A DNA stretch of 64,000 nucleotides from a virus (taxonomy: Duplodnaviria > Caudoviricetes). Made by a program: the position numbers and the translations under genes. Below are positions 26,864 to 37,005 of the stretch, piece by piece (position 1 is the first letter of the stretch; each line of letters begins with the position of its first letter). Under the pieces are notes generated by a model that was not told the origin of the DNA, searched no databases, and saw only the letters and a program-made list of their open reading frames with translations. The stretch is taken from IMG/VR virus record IMGVR_UViG_3300027819_000006; one strand, written 5' to 3'.

Positions 26864-26899
26864 AAAAAAAAAAGATCATCTCATTAGAAATGATCTTTT
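26864..26899 (-). terminator. Rho-independent terminator
   Basis: AAAGATCAT/ATGATCTTT stem followed by long T-run on the minus strand. Confidence 0.75.
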
Positions 26900-26926
26900 A
26901 ACATATTCAATTTTATAATTGTCTAA

Positions 26927-27727
26927 CTAAAATAATACATAGATTAATCTTAAAGTAGCAAATTTATTCATGTATTCAACATTTGCATCATAGTGTTTTC
27001 TCAATCTAACAGATGAGCTAACATATAGACTATTAAATTTACCTATATATGAATTGAAATCTTTGATTCTTAAATAGACTACTGGCATAATAACTGATTT
27101 ATACGAATTGTCTGTACTTATCAATCCTCCAAATCCTAATGAGAATCTTTTTTCTGTATTCAGTCTTGATATGTTGAGTTTAATATTTGAAAATCTTGAC
27201 CTGTCATAGTCTAATCTTGCTACTTTTAGACCTTCTGGAGTAGAGCTAACTATTAGATTTAATTCTACAGGATCTTCTGTTATAAACACATTTTCTAAAC
27301 TAGATTTGAAATTGCTAAAATTTGAATTTGTGTCATAATGAAATGAAGAAACTATGTTTGATTGCAATCTCAACCATTTAATTTTCTGATCTATAGAAGA
27401 AGTGAATTCTACATTTCTATTTACAGTATCTCTTTTTACTATGACTATAGTGTCAGTTTTGATTTCTTTGACATATATTGGAATTACATCCATAGTTATT
27501 TTAGACACTTCTTCTAGTTTCTCTTGGTTCTTTTTCAGTACAATTTTCAAGCTATCTGTTATAAGCTTGTTCAGCTTTCTTTCATTTATAATTTGCACCA
27601 CAGTAGCAGTAGAATCTCTAGTATATTTTTCTTTGTATGATCTACCTATTTCTCCCTGAATCAATTTCTGAACAAATATTACACTAAGTATTGATGCTAT
27701 ATAAATTATAATCCACTTTTTCATCAT
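26927..27727 (-). CDS. Hypothetical membrane-anchored/secreted protein
   Basis: N-terminal KKWIIIYIASILSVIFV hydrophobic segment. Confidence 0.55.
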   Translation of the reverse strand: MMKKWIIIYIASILSVIFVQKLIQGEIGRSYKEKYTRDSTATVVQIINERKLNKLITDSLKIVLKKNQEKLEEVSKITMDVIPIYVKEIKTDTIVIVKRDTVNRNVEFTSSIDQKIKWLRLQSNIVSSFHYDTNSNFSNFKSSLENVFITEDPVELNLIVSSTPEGLKVARLDYDRSRFSNIKLNISRLNTEKRFSLGFGGLISTDNSYKSVIMPVVYLRIKDFNSYIGKFNSLYVSSSVRLRKHYDANVEYMNKFATLRLIYVLF

Positions 27728-30700
27728 TCAATCCTCACTTCTGAAAATCCTTCTTTATTTCTTTCAACATGGATAAAATGATCCATGCTATCTTGCAGTT
27801 CTGTTATATGAGAAATACATATTACAGTCTTGAATATACTTTTTAGATGATCTAATAGAGAAGATAGATTTGATAGATGTTCGGTATCTAGAGAAGAAAA
27901 TGCTTCATCTAAAAAGAAAATATCAGATTTAGGTAATACAGAAACTTTTGATAAAGCAGTTCTTATTGCTATAGAGGCAACTATTCTTTCCATGCCAGAA
28001 CCTATTTCTATATTTCTTTTGTCTCCTTCGCTGTTCTCTATGTATATAAATATACTCTGACTATCGTCTATTTCCAAATAGATGTTAAAATCTACTGTAG
28101 TAGCTAATACTTTTTTGATCTCTTCATTAATTGATGGAATTGCTGATTTAATGATCTCTAGCTGTATACCATCTTTTGACAGAGTAGAAGTCAGCATACT
28201 ATGAATTTTAAAGCTATTTTCAATTTCTCGTACTTTTTCTACTGATTCTCTAACATCTTTTATCTTTTGTTTGACAGATCCTAATTCTATATTCTTTTCT
28301 GTTATGAACTGATTCAGATTCTTTATCTTTGATTCTAAGTTATTTAAATTCAGTTCATTTTCTTCTATATTAGCATGTATTTCATTATTCAGTTGAATGA
28401 TGTCTTTGTTAATTTCATATACTTTAGCTTTATCTTCTAGTTGTAGCTTTATATTCTTTTCATATTCTAATATCTGCTCTTCTTTTTTCAGTTCTGTTTC
28501 TTTATGCTTGAGATCACTTTTAGCATATTCAATTTTACTTGCTACTTTATCCAGTAGCTTCAGCTTGTCTTCATACTCTGTAAATTCATCAATTTTTGAG
28601 CTGACATCTTCTATGTTTGTTTCTATATCTGTTTTACTAATTTGAATAGATGATATTTTAGAATCTGACTCAAATGCATCTTTCAGAAAATTACATTTTT
28701 TGCACAATTCAGATGTTTTGAACCAATCATGAGCATTTAAATTTTTAGCATATTTCTGATTTATTTCTAAATCTTTTATAGTAGATGTTCTTTTGCTTTC
28801 CTGTTCTTTTAAATACTTTCTCAGCTTATCTAATAGTTTGTTCTGTTTTATCAGAAAATCTCTATCTTCTTCTATCAGCTTGCTGAACTCTTCTATTGAT
28901 TCATTTAGAAACACTATACTTTTGTTAATATTTTTCTTATTGTTTGTTATAGAATCAATCTTTTCTGCTACCAATTTAAGCCCTAATTCTATATTATCTA
29001 TATTAATACTATCAATATTTTTTAACTGGTGCTTCAAATTATCAATACTAGAGACTGTTCTATTCTTCTCTTGATCGATAGTTTCTTTTAAATCAGAGCT
29101 TTTGTCTATAATATCTGAAAGATCTACTTCTTCTTTTATTAGATTTTGTTCTAGAGCTAGATAATCATTATTTTTATAATGACTCAATATACTTTTCAGA
29201 TTATTAGTATTATCTTTTACTGTAGCATAAAGTTCTTCAATTATGTCAATACCAATAAATTTAGATAGCAGTATTTTTCTTGCAGACTGACTTTCATCTA
29301 TAAAACAAGTTAGATCATTTTGAAGTCCGAATGTGGTCATTCTGTGCTCTTGGAATCCACCAATCAGATCTCTGATAATCTTTTCTATTTCAGATGAATT
29401 GCTTTCACCTCCAATATCTATTATTTTGCCATCTTTTATTTCAAATAGACTGACTCTGCTTCTAGCTTTATTTTCAATCTTCTTGTAGTTTCTTTTAATT
29501 AGATATTTTTTGCTATCTAGAATGAATTTTACTTCTATATCTGCATCGTCTAATCTTTTATTTATTACATCTGCTAAGTTTCCTTTGCTAGTTCTATCAG
29601 ATTGATTGAATAATCCGCACAATAGCGAAGACAACATGCTACTTTTGCCTTGCATGTTTGGCGAGAACATTCCAACAAGACCATTCAGATTATTGAAATT
29701 AACAGAATTATCTGCTCCATATGAAAATGTATTAGAGAAATTCAATTCTTCTATTTTTAGTATTTTTCCATAGTTCTTTGTATGAATATCTATTGCAGAA
29801 TAATAGTCTGAATGAAGTTTTAGAACTTGCTGAACAGCAGTAGCATCTTGATCTTTCAAATATTCTTTAATTAGATCTTGCTGATTATTTATGTTAGTTA
29901 TATTATAAGATATTAAATTGTTTTTTTTACTGCTACTAGAATCGAATTCTTGCTCAATAGACAAAGATAATGGATTGAACTGTAGCTTTATATGGTTCTC
30001 TATCTCTTTTACTTTAGTGGCATTGCATTCAGAATGAAGAATTAATCTGATATATGGATTTTTTGATATGTCTTTGAAGTCGTATTCATATATGTTCTCT
30101 ATATTATCTTTATCTATATGATATGTATGAAATCCATAGTCATTCTGTAATTTGACAAATTTACAAGTTTTTTCAACTATGTTCCAAGCTAAATATCCTT
30201 TGTCTCTGCTTTCTCCCTGGTTGTTCTGTAGAGTTGCTCCTGAAAATCCTATATTAGGATGTCCTTCTTTATCATATCTTAAGAATTGTTGTTTATGTAT
30301 GTCTCCTAAGAATGCATAGTCATAATTCTTAAACAGAGACAAATCAGAAGTACTATTCATAGTAAATCCAGTGTCTGTCTTAGAATTATTTATAGGACCA
30401 TGAAACAAAGCTATATAAGTTTTATCATCTTCTCTTTTAAAATTGATAGGATAGTTTGCTACATCAGTCAAAGAAAATATTCCATAGACTACACTATTAG
30501 AAACTTTAACTAACTCTGATCTTTCATATAAAGTAGTTTTATGTTTAGTATCTATTATTTCTACTATAGGTTTTATAGAATTCAATCTATTCTGCTGATT
30601 TACTACTAGATCATGATTGCCACAAATAATATCTAGATCAGCACAGTTTCCTAAATTTGTCAATAGCTCTATAGCTAATTTAACAGATTCAGGAGATAGA

Positions 30701-30861
30701 TGATTCTTAGAATGGAATAGATCGCCTACTAAAACTATTCTATTGGGTTTCTCTATTTTTACAGCTTTATATAGATTTTCAAAAACTTGTCTGAACTCAG
30801 TATGCCTCTTGTAAAGAGGTAAATGAAGATCTGCGATGTGAAGAATTCGTTGAATGTCCAT
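27724..30861 (-). CDS. Fused SbcD/Mre11 nuclease + SbcC/Rad50 ATPase
   Basis: HIADLH, GDLFH, GNHD, LGDIH, then Walker A SPNMQGKSS, coiled coil with CxxC hook, SGME, FFLDEAFSSLD, ISH. Confidence 0.92.
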   Translation of the reverse strand: MDIQRILHIADLHLPLYKRHTEFRQVFENLYKAVKIEKPNRIVLVGDLFHSKNHLSPESVKLAIELLTNLGNCADLDIICGNHDLVVNQQNRLNSIKPIVEIIDTKHKTTLYERSELVKVSNSVVYGIFSLTDVANYPINFKREDDKTYIALFHGPINNSKTDTGFTMNSTSDLSLFKNYDYAFLGDIHKQQFLRYDKEGHPNIGFSGATLQNNQGESRDKGYLAWNIVEKTCKFVKLQNDYGFHTYHIDKDNIENIYEYDFKDISKNPYIRLILHSECNATKVKEIENHIKLQFNPLSLSIEQEFDSSSSKKNNLISYNITNINNQQDLIKEYLKDQDATAVQQVLKLHSDYYSAIDIHTKNYGKILKIEELNFSNTFSYGADNSVNFNNLNGLVGMFSPNMQGKSSMLSSLLCGLFNQSDRTSKGNLADVINKRLDDADIEVKFILDSKKYLIKRNYKKIENKARSRVSLFEIKDGKIIDIGGESNSSEIEKIIRDLIGGFQEHRMTTFGLQNDLTCFIDESQSARKILLSKFIGIDIIEELYATVKDNTNNLKSILSHYKNNDYLALEQNLIKEEVDLSDIIDKSSDLKETIDQEKNRTVSSIDNLKHQLKNIDSINIDNIELGLKLVAEKIDSITNNKKNINKSIVFLNESIEEFSKLIEEDRDFLIKQNKLLDKLRKYLKEQESKRTSTIKDLEINQKYAKNLNAHDWFKTSELCKKCNFLKDAFESDSKISSIQISKTDIETNIEDVSSKIDEFTEYEDKLKLLDKVASKIEYAKSDLKHKETELKKEEQILEYEKNIKLQLEDKAKVYEINKDIIQLNNEIHANIEENELNLNNLESKIKNLNQFITEKNIELGSVKQKIKDVRESVEKVREIENSFKIHSMLTSTLSKDGIQLEIIKSAIPSINEEIKKVLATTVDFNIYLEIDDSQSIFIYIENSEGDKRNIEIGSGMERIVASIAIRTALSKVSVLPKSDIFFLDEAFSSLDTEHLSNLSSLLDHLKSIFKTVICISHITELQDSMDHFIHVERNKEGFSEVRIE

Positions 30862-31762
30862 TAAGTTCTTTCTTTACTCTAGTTGTAATGTCATATTCAA
30901 TTAAATTGTGCTCTACTGCTTCAAAAGCTTTGTTTCCAAGATCAGCTATATCTTCTTTTATGTTAATCCAATCTACATAGCTAACTTTGATTCCATAGTT
31001 ATAGAAATCATCAGACATCTTTAAAGCTTTATCTTCAGCATCAGGATCTAGACATATTGCTACATCTGTTTCATTTTTTATGATCATTTTAAACAATCTA
31101 GACTTTGTATTTAGAGTAGATCCTAATAGTGGCACAGCATTGCTGTCTAGAACCATATAGTCAAATATGCCTTCTACTATATATAATCTTTTAGACCAGT
31201 CTATATTCCACTCATTGAAAATAATTTTAGTCTTATCCTGTTCAAAATTGATGTATGAATTATTCTTTCTAATAGATCTTGTAATGTAGTAGTTCAGATT
31301 GAAATTTTTGTCATATGAGGGTATGAGTATTCTTTCATTCAAGATGTTGTAGTGAATGTTATATTTCATAACATTTTCTTGCTTTACATTTCTACTTACT
31401 ACATAGTTATATGCAGCAGAATATAGTTTGCTTTTCTGTTTATGATACAAATTTTTATAGTTGTCTGGAATATATGGCTTTTTGACTACTTCTTTTTTGT
31501 TGTCAAAAACATTATCTATATCTCCAGCAATTTCTTTTCTTATTCTTTTTGCTACATCTGCTCTACCAGCTTTTCGAAGTATAGAATAGATGTTTCCTTT
31601 TTCGTTGCAACTCCAACAATGAGCAACAAATTTTTTGACATTGATCACTAGATGAGGTCTTGGATGTTTGCAAAAAGGGCACATAAAAGTTATATCTTCT
31701 TTGATGTGATAAGATTCTGGCTCTCCAAACACTTCAACTAAGTTTTTGATCAAGTCTGTCAT
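30797..31762 (-). CDS. dnaG: DNA primase (Zn finger + TOPRIM)
   Basis: CPFC...CWSC, YIVEGIFD, CLDPDA. Confidence 0.88.
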   Translation of the reverse strand: MTDLIKNLVEVFGEPESYHIKEDITFMCPFCKHPRPHLVINVKKFVAHCWSCNEKGNIYSILRKAGRADVAKRIRKEIAGDIDNVFDNKKEVVKKPYIPDNYKNLYHKQKSKLYSAAYNYVVSRNVKQENVMKYNIHYNILNERILIPSYDKNFNLNYYITRSIRKNNSYINFEQDKTKIIFNEWNIDWSKRLYIVEGIFDYMVLDSNAVPLLGSTLNTKSRLFKMIIKNETDVAICLDPDAEDKALKMSDDFYNYGIKVSYVDWINIKEDIADLGNKAFEAVEHNLIEYDITTRVKKELNGHSTNSSHRRSSFTSLQEAY

Positions 31763-32312
31763 TTCGATGTTCTTCTATATATGCTAAACTTATTACAATA
31801 GAATCTGTCACGTCTGCTGCTTGGTTAATCCACTTGTTTTTGTTTTTATCAAATAGATTTTCCAAATTAAACCTTGCAGTAATTTTTTCAAATGCAAAAT
31901 CTTTAGCTTTTACACCTTTTGGCACTTTTTCATTCAAAGCTAATTTTCTTGCATGCAATACATTTATATGTTCTGGTTTGATACCAAAAATACAATAGCA
32001 CCTGTAAGTTACTAACATGTTGAACTTAGCAAGTGCTATGATTGTACTGATTCTTGATCCTCCGAATACAAATTTGCTCATTATATCTTCTATAGCTATA
32101 TGGTCTATAGAATGCTGCTGTTTCAAATCATTGAAAACTTTATCTACACTATCAATTTTTTCGTATACATCTTTGCATTTTGAAAGATTGATGAAATCAC
32201 ATAGAAGCAAACTTCTGTTTTGATCTAAAATGCTATATCCAATAGTAAGAGTTGAGATGTCAAGACCTAATATCAAACTATTCTCCACACTAAATCCTCT
32301 TCTCCATTCCAA
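31734..32312 (-). CDS. RuvC-like Holliday junction resolvase
   Basis: ILGLDISTLTIG, IAIED, D..DSIVI. Confidence 0.8.
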   Translation of the reverse strand: MEWRRGFSVENSLILGLDISTLTIGYSILDQNRSLLLCDFINLSKCKDVYEKIDSVDKVFNDLKQQHSIDHIAIEDIMSKFVFGGSRISTIIALAKFNMLVTYRCYCIFGIKPEHINVLHARKLALNEKVPKGVKAKDFAFEKITARFNLENLFDKNKNKWINQAADVTDSIVISLAYIEEHRNDRLDQKLS

Positions 32313-32944
32313 ATTCTTACAATTCTATATCCATTTCTTTTTGCTAAATTGTTTTTATATATGTCATTATCAGTTCCGAATGGATAATTATGATAATATT
32401 TTCCATCTACTTCCACCAACATGTTAAAATCTGGTAGATAAAAATCAAATGTTCTTGTTTCTATTCTTTTTTGTTTAACATAGTTAATATTGCTCTCTAT
32501 CAATATAGATTCTACTTTTAATTCTGGTTTAGTGTCACAAAATTTTGCAGGTATTTTTCTATTACCATTTTCATAACTTTTTTTATTTCCTTCTGATATA
32601 TTTTTTTTCCCTTGCTCAGATACTTTTCTACCCTTAGTTTTAATAGACATGTTCTTTTTTTGTTCATCTGTCCATTTATTTCCATAATTAGAATTTTTAT
32701 CTCCAGTTCTAAGTTTAGCTGCTTTTGAAAGTTTCTTTATGCTTTCTTCTGAAAAGGTCCTTCCATAAAAAGAATTTTTATCTCCAGTTCTAAGCTTTAG
32801 AGCTTTGATCTTACCTTCTCTACCACATTCTTTAGAACAATATTTTTTAAATATATTTTCATAACATTTAGCATATTTGCAATATACTATAAATTCTAAA
32901 TTACAATTGGCACATATAAAGCTTTTAGGTATTAATACTCTCAT
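32273..32944 (-). CDS. NUMOD3-repeat + Vsr/DUF559-like endonuclease
   Basis: Repeated KLRTGDKNS, TKPE, FDFYL...VEVDGKYYH, IVRIW. Confidence 0.8.
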   Translation of the reverse strand: MRVLIPKSFICANCNLEFIVYCKYAKCYENIFKKYCSKECGREGKIKALKLRTGDKNSFYGRTFSEESIKKLSKAAKLRTGDKNSNYGNKWTDEQKKNMSIKTKGRKVSEQGKKNISEGNKKSYENGNRKIPAKFCDTKPELKVESILIESNINYVKQKRIETRTFDFYLPDFNMLVEVDGKYYHNYPFGTDNDIYKNNLAKRNGYRIVRIWNGEEDLVWRIV

Positions 32945-33026
32945 TCTATTCTCCTTTTATAATAAATATAAAGAGAGAATAGAAAATTACATCAAGTTAA
33001 ATACATCCATCCCACAAACTAAAATA

Positions 33027-33476
33027 TCATTCCTCCTCTATTTTCATCTTCACTATGTCAGAAGATTTAAAGAAAGAAGCGACTGGAGGCTCTTGTTTTT
33101 TAACTAAAGATGGATTTGACATTTCAATAAGTCTTTTAGGTCCAACACCTCTTTCATTTAGAATTCTCATTAAATCAGATTCTTTTGTAGATTCATCTTT
33201 TTCATCATCAGATGAAATATCTAATATCTTGGGTATTGTACCTAATAGTTTTGTAATGTTGTCTGTAGCTTTTTGTGCAATCTCAAGATATGAAGCGGGT
33301 TTATCTCCATTCATAAATAGACCCTCATCATCATCAATCATAGCTTTATATTCTTTAAAAGTACTTAAAGCTTCATTTCTTTCTTCTAGAGCATTTGTTA
33401 CTACTATCTTAAATATATCTTCTAGTGTTACATCTCCATAGAGCTTAATACTCTTTACTTCTTCTACATTGTTCAA
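33027..33476 (-). CDS. Hypothetical protein
   Basis: ORF track. Confidence 0.55.
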   Translation of the reverse strand: MNNVEEVKSIKLYGDVTLEDIFKIVVTNALEERNEALSTFKEYKAMIDDDEGLFMNGDKPASYLEIAQKATDNITKLLGTIPKILDISSDDEKDESTKESDLMRILNERGVGPKRLIEMSNPSLVKKQEPPVASFFKSSDIVKMKIEEE

Positions 33477-33491
33477 AATACTTCTCCGATT

Positions 33492-33797
33492 TTAATTTTC
33501 TTCATTTTCAATGTCATAATTCTCATTGACATTTTTAAGATAACCATTAATTTCTGCTAATCTATGAACAAAATCTTGTATGACTGGGTCATTGCTATAT
33601 ATTTCTCTGCTAAGTAAATCATTACAAGCAATTCTAAAATCTCTAAACATTGGAATAAGAGAATCTAAATTTAATTCTCTTTCTTGTGAATAGTTTAGAG
33701 ATCTATTCAGAAGAATACCAAGTAGAGTATTAATTCCAATACTTATTATCAGACAAATAATTAGAATGATCATGTTTTCTCCACAAACGTTATCCAA
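33492..33797 (-). CDS. Small membrane protein
   Basis: N-terminal hydrophobic helix. Confidence 0.55.
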   Translation of the reverse strand: MDNVCGENMIILIICLIISIGINTLLGILLNRSLNYSQERELNLDSLIPMFRDFRIACNDLLSREIYSNDPVIQDFVHRLAEINGYLKNVNENYDIENEEN

Positions 33798-34411
33798 GAA
33801 TCAGTGAAACTCAATAATCTATATAATTTATTCTTAGAATATAAAACTTCTTTATTTTGATTTTCTGGAACATAAAGTCCATCATGATGTAAAATGCTAT
33901 CATATTCTTGATTTGATAACTTTACACTACTCTGCATCAATATTCTAACACTTCTCTGAGCATGAGTAAGTCCATCTTTCAGTTCTTCATTCCATTTATA
34001 CATCTCTCCAAGTTTATTTCTTCTCCACTCATCATCCTGGACTATGTATTGAGGAACTCCGTCTAGAGTTCCTATCTTGCCAATATCATGAAATAGTCCA
34101 CATAATATAAGACTACTTTTTGAAACATCTTCATCATCTATAGATAGAGCAGAATGCATTTTCATCAAAAGTTTAGTCTGCTCTACTGAATGCATAACCA
34201 ACCCGCCAGGATATGCTCCATGATAATCTTCTTTTGTAGAAGCTGGACATGAAAAATATCTGTCTCCAATAGATTCTAGCATTGCTTCAACTGATTCTTT
34301 TCTGTCATCTAGCATAGAAATCAGTCCATATGTAGCATTAACGTATTTCTCTACATCAATTTTCATGTTTCTCTTTCTTTCTTTATCTATATATTTTTTG
34401 AAATCTGACAT
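33770..34411 (-). CDS. HD-domain phosphohydrolase
   Basis: PAS...YHGAYPGGLVMHS, LFHDIGKIG, HHDG. Confidence 0.88.
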   Translation of the reverse strand: MSDFKKYIDKERKRNMKIDVEKYVNATYGLISMLDDRKESVEAMLESIGDRYFSCPASTKEDYHGAYPGGLVMHSVEQTKLLMKMHSALSIDDEDVSKSSLILCGLFHDIGKIGTLDGVPQYIVQDDEWRRNKLGEMYKWNEELKDGLTHAQRSVRILMQSSVKLSNQEYDSILHHDGLYVPENQNKEVLYSKNKLYRLLSFTDSWITFVEKT

Positions 34412-34415
34412 ATAG

Positions 34416-35024
34416 TTATTTTTCTAAGAATAGATTACACTGATGAATTTCAAAAGCTTGTTTGCATGTGTTTTTACATGTCTTGCATAGCTTTGCTTCT
34501 TTTATCCAGAAATAATAGTTTGATACTTCTTCTAGTACTTTGTTATAATCTATCTCTGTAAATTCATCTGAAACTTTGAGTCTATATATTAGCTTCCATC
34601 CAGTATCTGTTTTCTCTAATATATCTCCAACGTTGAAACTTATATTTTCTTCTGCAAGTTCACTTTTTGATAATCTGTAGAATGTCTCATTTAAAAAGTC
34701 TAATAAGATATAACCTCTTTTTATTGGCACATTGAAAAAGAAGTCAGAAACTTTAATGCATAGAAGAGTAGTCTTTATGTCAAATTTTTTATACTCTAAA
34801 TAGATAGGTTTCAAATTAGTGTTCTTTGAATCACGTTTCTGTTCATTTATGATTTCTTTATGAGCACTTTTAAATTTAGAGACTACACTTTTAACATTTT
34901 CTGTAAAAAATCCACTTCTCAGACTATAAAAATGACTCTTGACAGCTTTGTTTTTTGAATCTACTGGATGCACATCTATTAATTCTAATCTATCCACCAG
35001 TGTGGTACTGTTCTTCTTGTCCAT
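34416..35024 (-). CDS. Hypothetical protein
   Basis: ORF track; C-terminal CxxCxxxC. Confidence 0.5.
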   Translation of the reverse strand: MDKKNSTTLVDRLELIDVHPVDSKNKAVKSHFYSLRSGFFTENVKSVVSKFKSAHKEIINEQKRDSKNTNLKPIYLEYKKFDIKTTLLCIKVSDFFFNVPIKRGYILLDFLNETFYRLSKSELAEENISFNVGDILEKTDTGWKLIYRLKVSDEFTEIDYNKVLEEVSNYYFWIKEAKLCKTCKNTCKQAFEIHQCNLFLEK

Positions 35025-35455
35025 TTTGCTAAATGTCTCTTTTCTTTGTTGTAGTAGTTTCTATATGATTCAACAGCATTTTCTGTTTTGCAATAATCAG
35101 GCATGCATAGAGGAACAGATGTTAGCTCTTCTGAATCAAATTTCAGCAAACGTTTGTTGCTATCAACCCATTCTAATATTTTAGAACAAGCATGAATCTT
35201 GCCATATCTAAAAGTGTATTCATAACATATGTTCTGTGCTAATTTTAACAATAGATTAAAATTTTTTAAACTGTGTCTACACCATTTAGAGCAAGGATGA
35301 TTTTTATGTACTAATTTGTATGGAGCTTCTAAATTCTGCAACCAGAAAGCTGAGCATAACATCTGACAACTTTCAATCTGCATTTTAAGAATGTGGCGGT
35401 CAACATAGAATCTGACCGCCAATTCAGGATTTTCATCTAGATAGAATACATTCAT
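34985..35455 (-). CDS. Pyrimidine-dimer DNA glycosylase (DenV-related family)
   Basis: MNVFYLD, D.HILKMQIESCQML, HKNHPC..W, EYTFRYGKIH, YRNYY. Confidence 0.8.
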   Translation of the reverse strand: MNVFYLDENPELAVRFYVDRHILKMQIESCQMLCSAFWLQNLEAPYKLVHKNHPCSKWCRHSLKNFNLLLKLAQNICYEYTFRYGKIHACSKILEWVDSNKRLLKFDSEELTSVPLCMPDYCKTENAVESYRNYYNKEKRHLAKWTRRTVPHWWID

Positions 35456-35459
35456 CTGT

Positions 35460-36257
35460 TTAGAATCTTACTTTAAATCCATTACCATAGAATTGAATCT
35501 TATCATCATGCTTCTTATGTCCAAAAATCAGAGCATCAACAATATTCATTGCATAGATGCCCGCTGCCACATAAGTAGCTCCTCTGCGATAAGTCTTCCA
35601 ATCCTGTCCCTTGAAATTATTTTTCTCAAGTACATAGCAAGTGCCTGCTGCTAGACCTGCAAGAGTTGCTGTAGTTGCATAGAATACTCCTGGTCCAACT
35701 CTACCCTGTCTGATCTGTCCCCATCCAGGATATACAGCACTATGGACAACTGCATCGAATCGATATGCAATTCCCTTGCCTACACTTGCAATAAGAGAGG
35801 GACTATTCTTCTGCTTCTTAAATAGAATATAGTAATGCTGAGCAGCCTTTCCATTCTGAGCAGAAACTTCTGTATAATCAGCAACAAAAGCCAACCCATT
35901 CAATTTTGCTGCATTAAATACGACTGTAGCTTCTGTGGCAAGACTCTCTGCTTGAGCAGTAACTTTTACATAGTCTACAAGATTATCAGTCGATCCTTGC
36001 TGTGTTGCCATAATATATTTACGTACAGCATCTACACGAGCTTTCAGCTTTGCTTGCTCATAATTGACATCAATTGCATCTCCTTTATAATAGTCAAAAT
36101 AATCACTATTGGGAAGTGCATAAACCCATTTAGGAGCTGTAATTACATTAACTACTGTATTTTGATTTTGCTGAAAATTGTAATATGGTTGAGCATCTGT
36201 CTTTGAAGAAACAAAAACTGTCAGCATAAGTGCTGATGCAACAATAAACTTTTTCAT
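35460..36257 (-). CDS. Secreted/membrane protein with C-terminal SAV.PGWGQ motif
   Basis: Signal peptide MKKFIVASALML; SAVYPGWGQ followed by hydrophobic helices. Confidence 0.6.
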   Translation of the reverse strand: MKKFIVASALMLTVFVSSKTDAQPYYNFQQNQNTVVNVITAPKWVYALPNSDYFDYYKGDAIDVNYEQAKLKARVDAVRKYIMATQQGSTDNLVDYVKVTAQAESLATEATVVFNAAKLNGLAFVADYTEVSAQNGKAAQHYYILFKKQKNSPSLIASVGKGIAYRFDAVVHSAVYPGWGQIRQGRVGPGVFYATTATLAGLAAGTCYVLEKNNFKGQDWKTYRRGATYVAAGIYAMNIVDALIFGHKKHDDKIQFYGNGFKVRF

Positions 36258-36269
36258 CTGAATTCTCCT

Positions 36270-36941
36270 TTAGCGTTTTAATCGTTTCTCAACTATGTCA
36301 TTACGCTTCTTTTTATATTCTTCAGGCATAATTTCATCTTCTGCATTTTCATCTAGCAATTCATCTTCTAATTTTACTGCTTCTTTACCTATTGCATCAG
36401 ACCATAGATCTTTATATTTTAACTTTAAGCATTCTATTTCTAATGCCAATTCTTTTTTTTCTTTCTGTCTGTTTTTGTTTGTTTGTTTCAGTAACCTTTT
36501 CTTTTCGCACTCTTCCTCCTTTCTAAGATCATTTAATGCTTGACACCTGTCTAAATCTAATTTAAGAACTTCTATTGTAGCATCATCGTCTAAAAATAAA
36601 CATTTAGTTGTTGCATATCTATCTTTACTATATTTTCTATATAGAAAAACATCATAACAAGAACTTCTATTATTTATAACTGATAGAAATTGATAAAAAT
36701 CATTTTTAGTAATCTTAAATTTATATAATTCATGGCTAATCAAAAAATTTACGTTTCTGTCGGAGAAAATATCTAGCTCTACATAGTGGGCTAAACATTT
36801 CTTCCAATTTTTACCACCATAAAATCTGTTTACAATTCCAACTTTTGCTATTGAACCTGTAACATAGTCACCAAATTCTAGCTGAGCAATTTTATGTTTA
36901 ATAGAATGATCTATAATCTCGTTAGTATAGAGCCATTTCAT
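36270..36941 (-). CDS. Hypothetical protein
   Basis: ORF directly behind the repeated promoter. Confidence 0.55.
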   Translation of the reverse strand: MKWLYTNEIIDHSIKHKIAQLEFGDYVTGSIAKVGIVNRFYGGKNWKKCLAHYVELDIFSDRNVNFLISHELYKFKITKNDFYQFLSVINNRSSCYDVFLYRKYSKDRYATTKCLFLDDDATIEVLKLDLDRCQALNDLRKEEECEKKRLLKQTNKNRQKEKKELALEIECLKLKYKDLWSDAIGKEAVKLEDELLDENAEDEIMPEEYKKKRNDIVEKRLKR

Positions 36942-36967
36942 GAGTTATATCAACCTTTCTTTTTATA

Positions 36968-37002
36968 TAGTTAAATATAAACAATCTATGTTATAAAGTA
37001 AA
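36968..37002 (-). promoter_or_regulatory. Sigma70-like promoter, repeated motif copy 3
   Basis: TTTACT-17 nt-TATATT with ATAGATTGTT spacer as in copies 1 and 4. Confidence 0.72.
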
Positions 37003-37005
37003 CAA

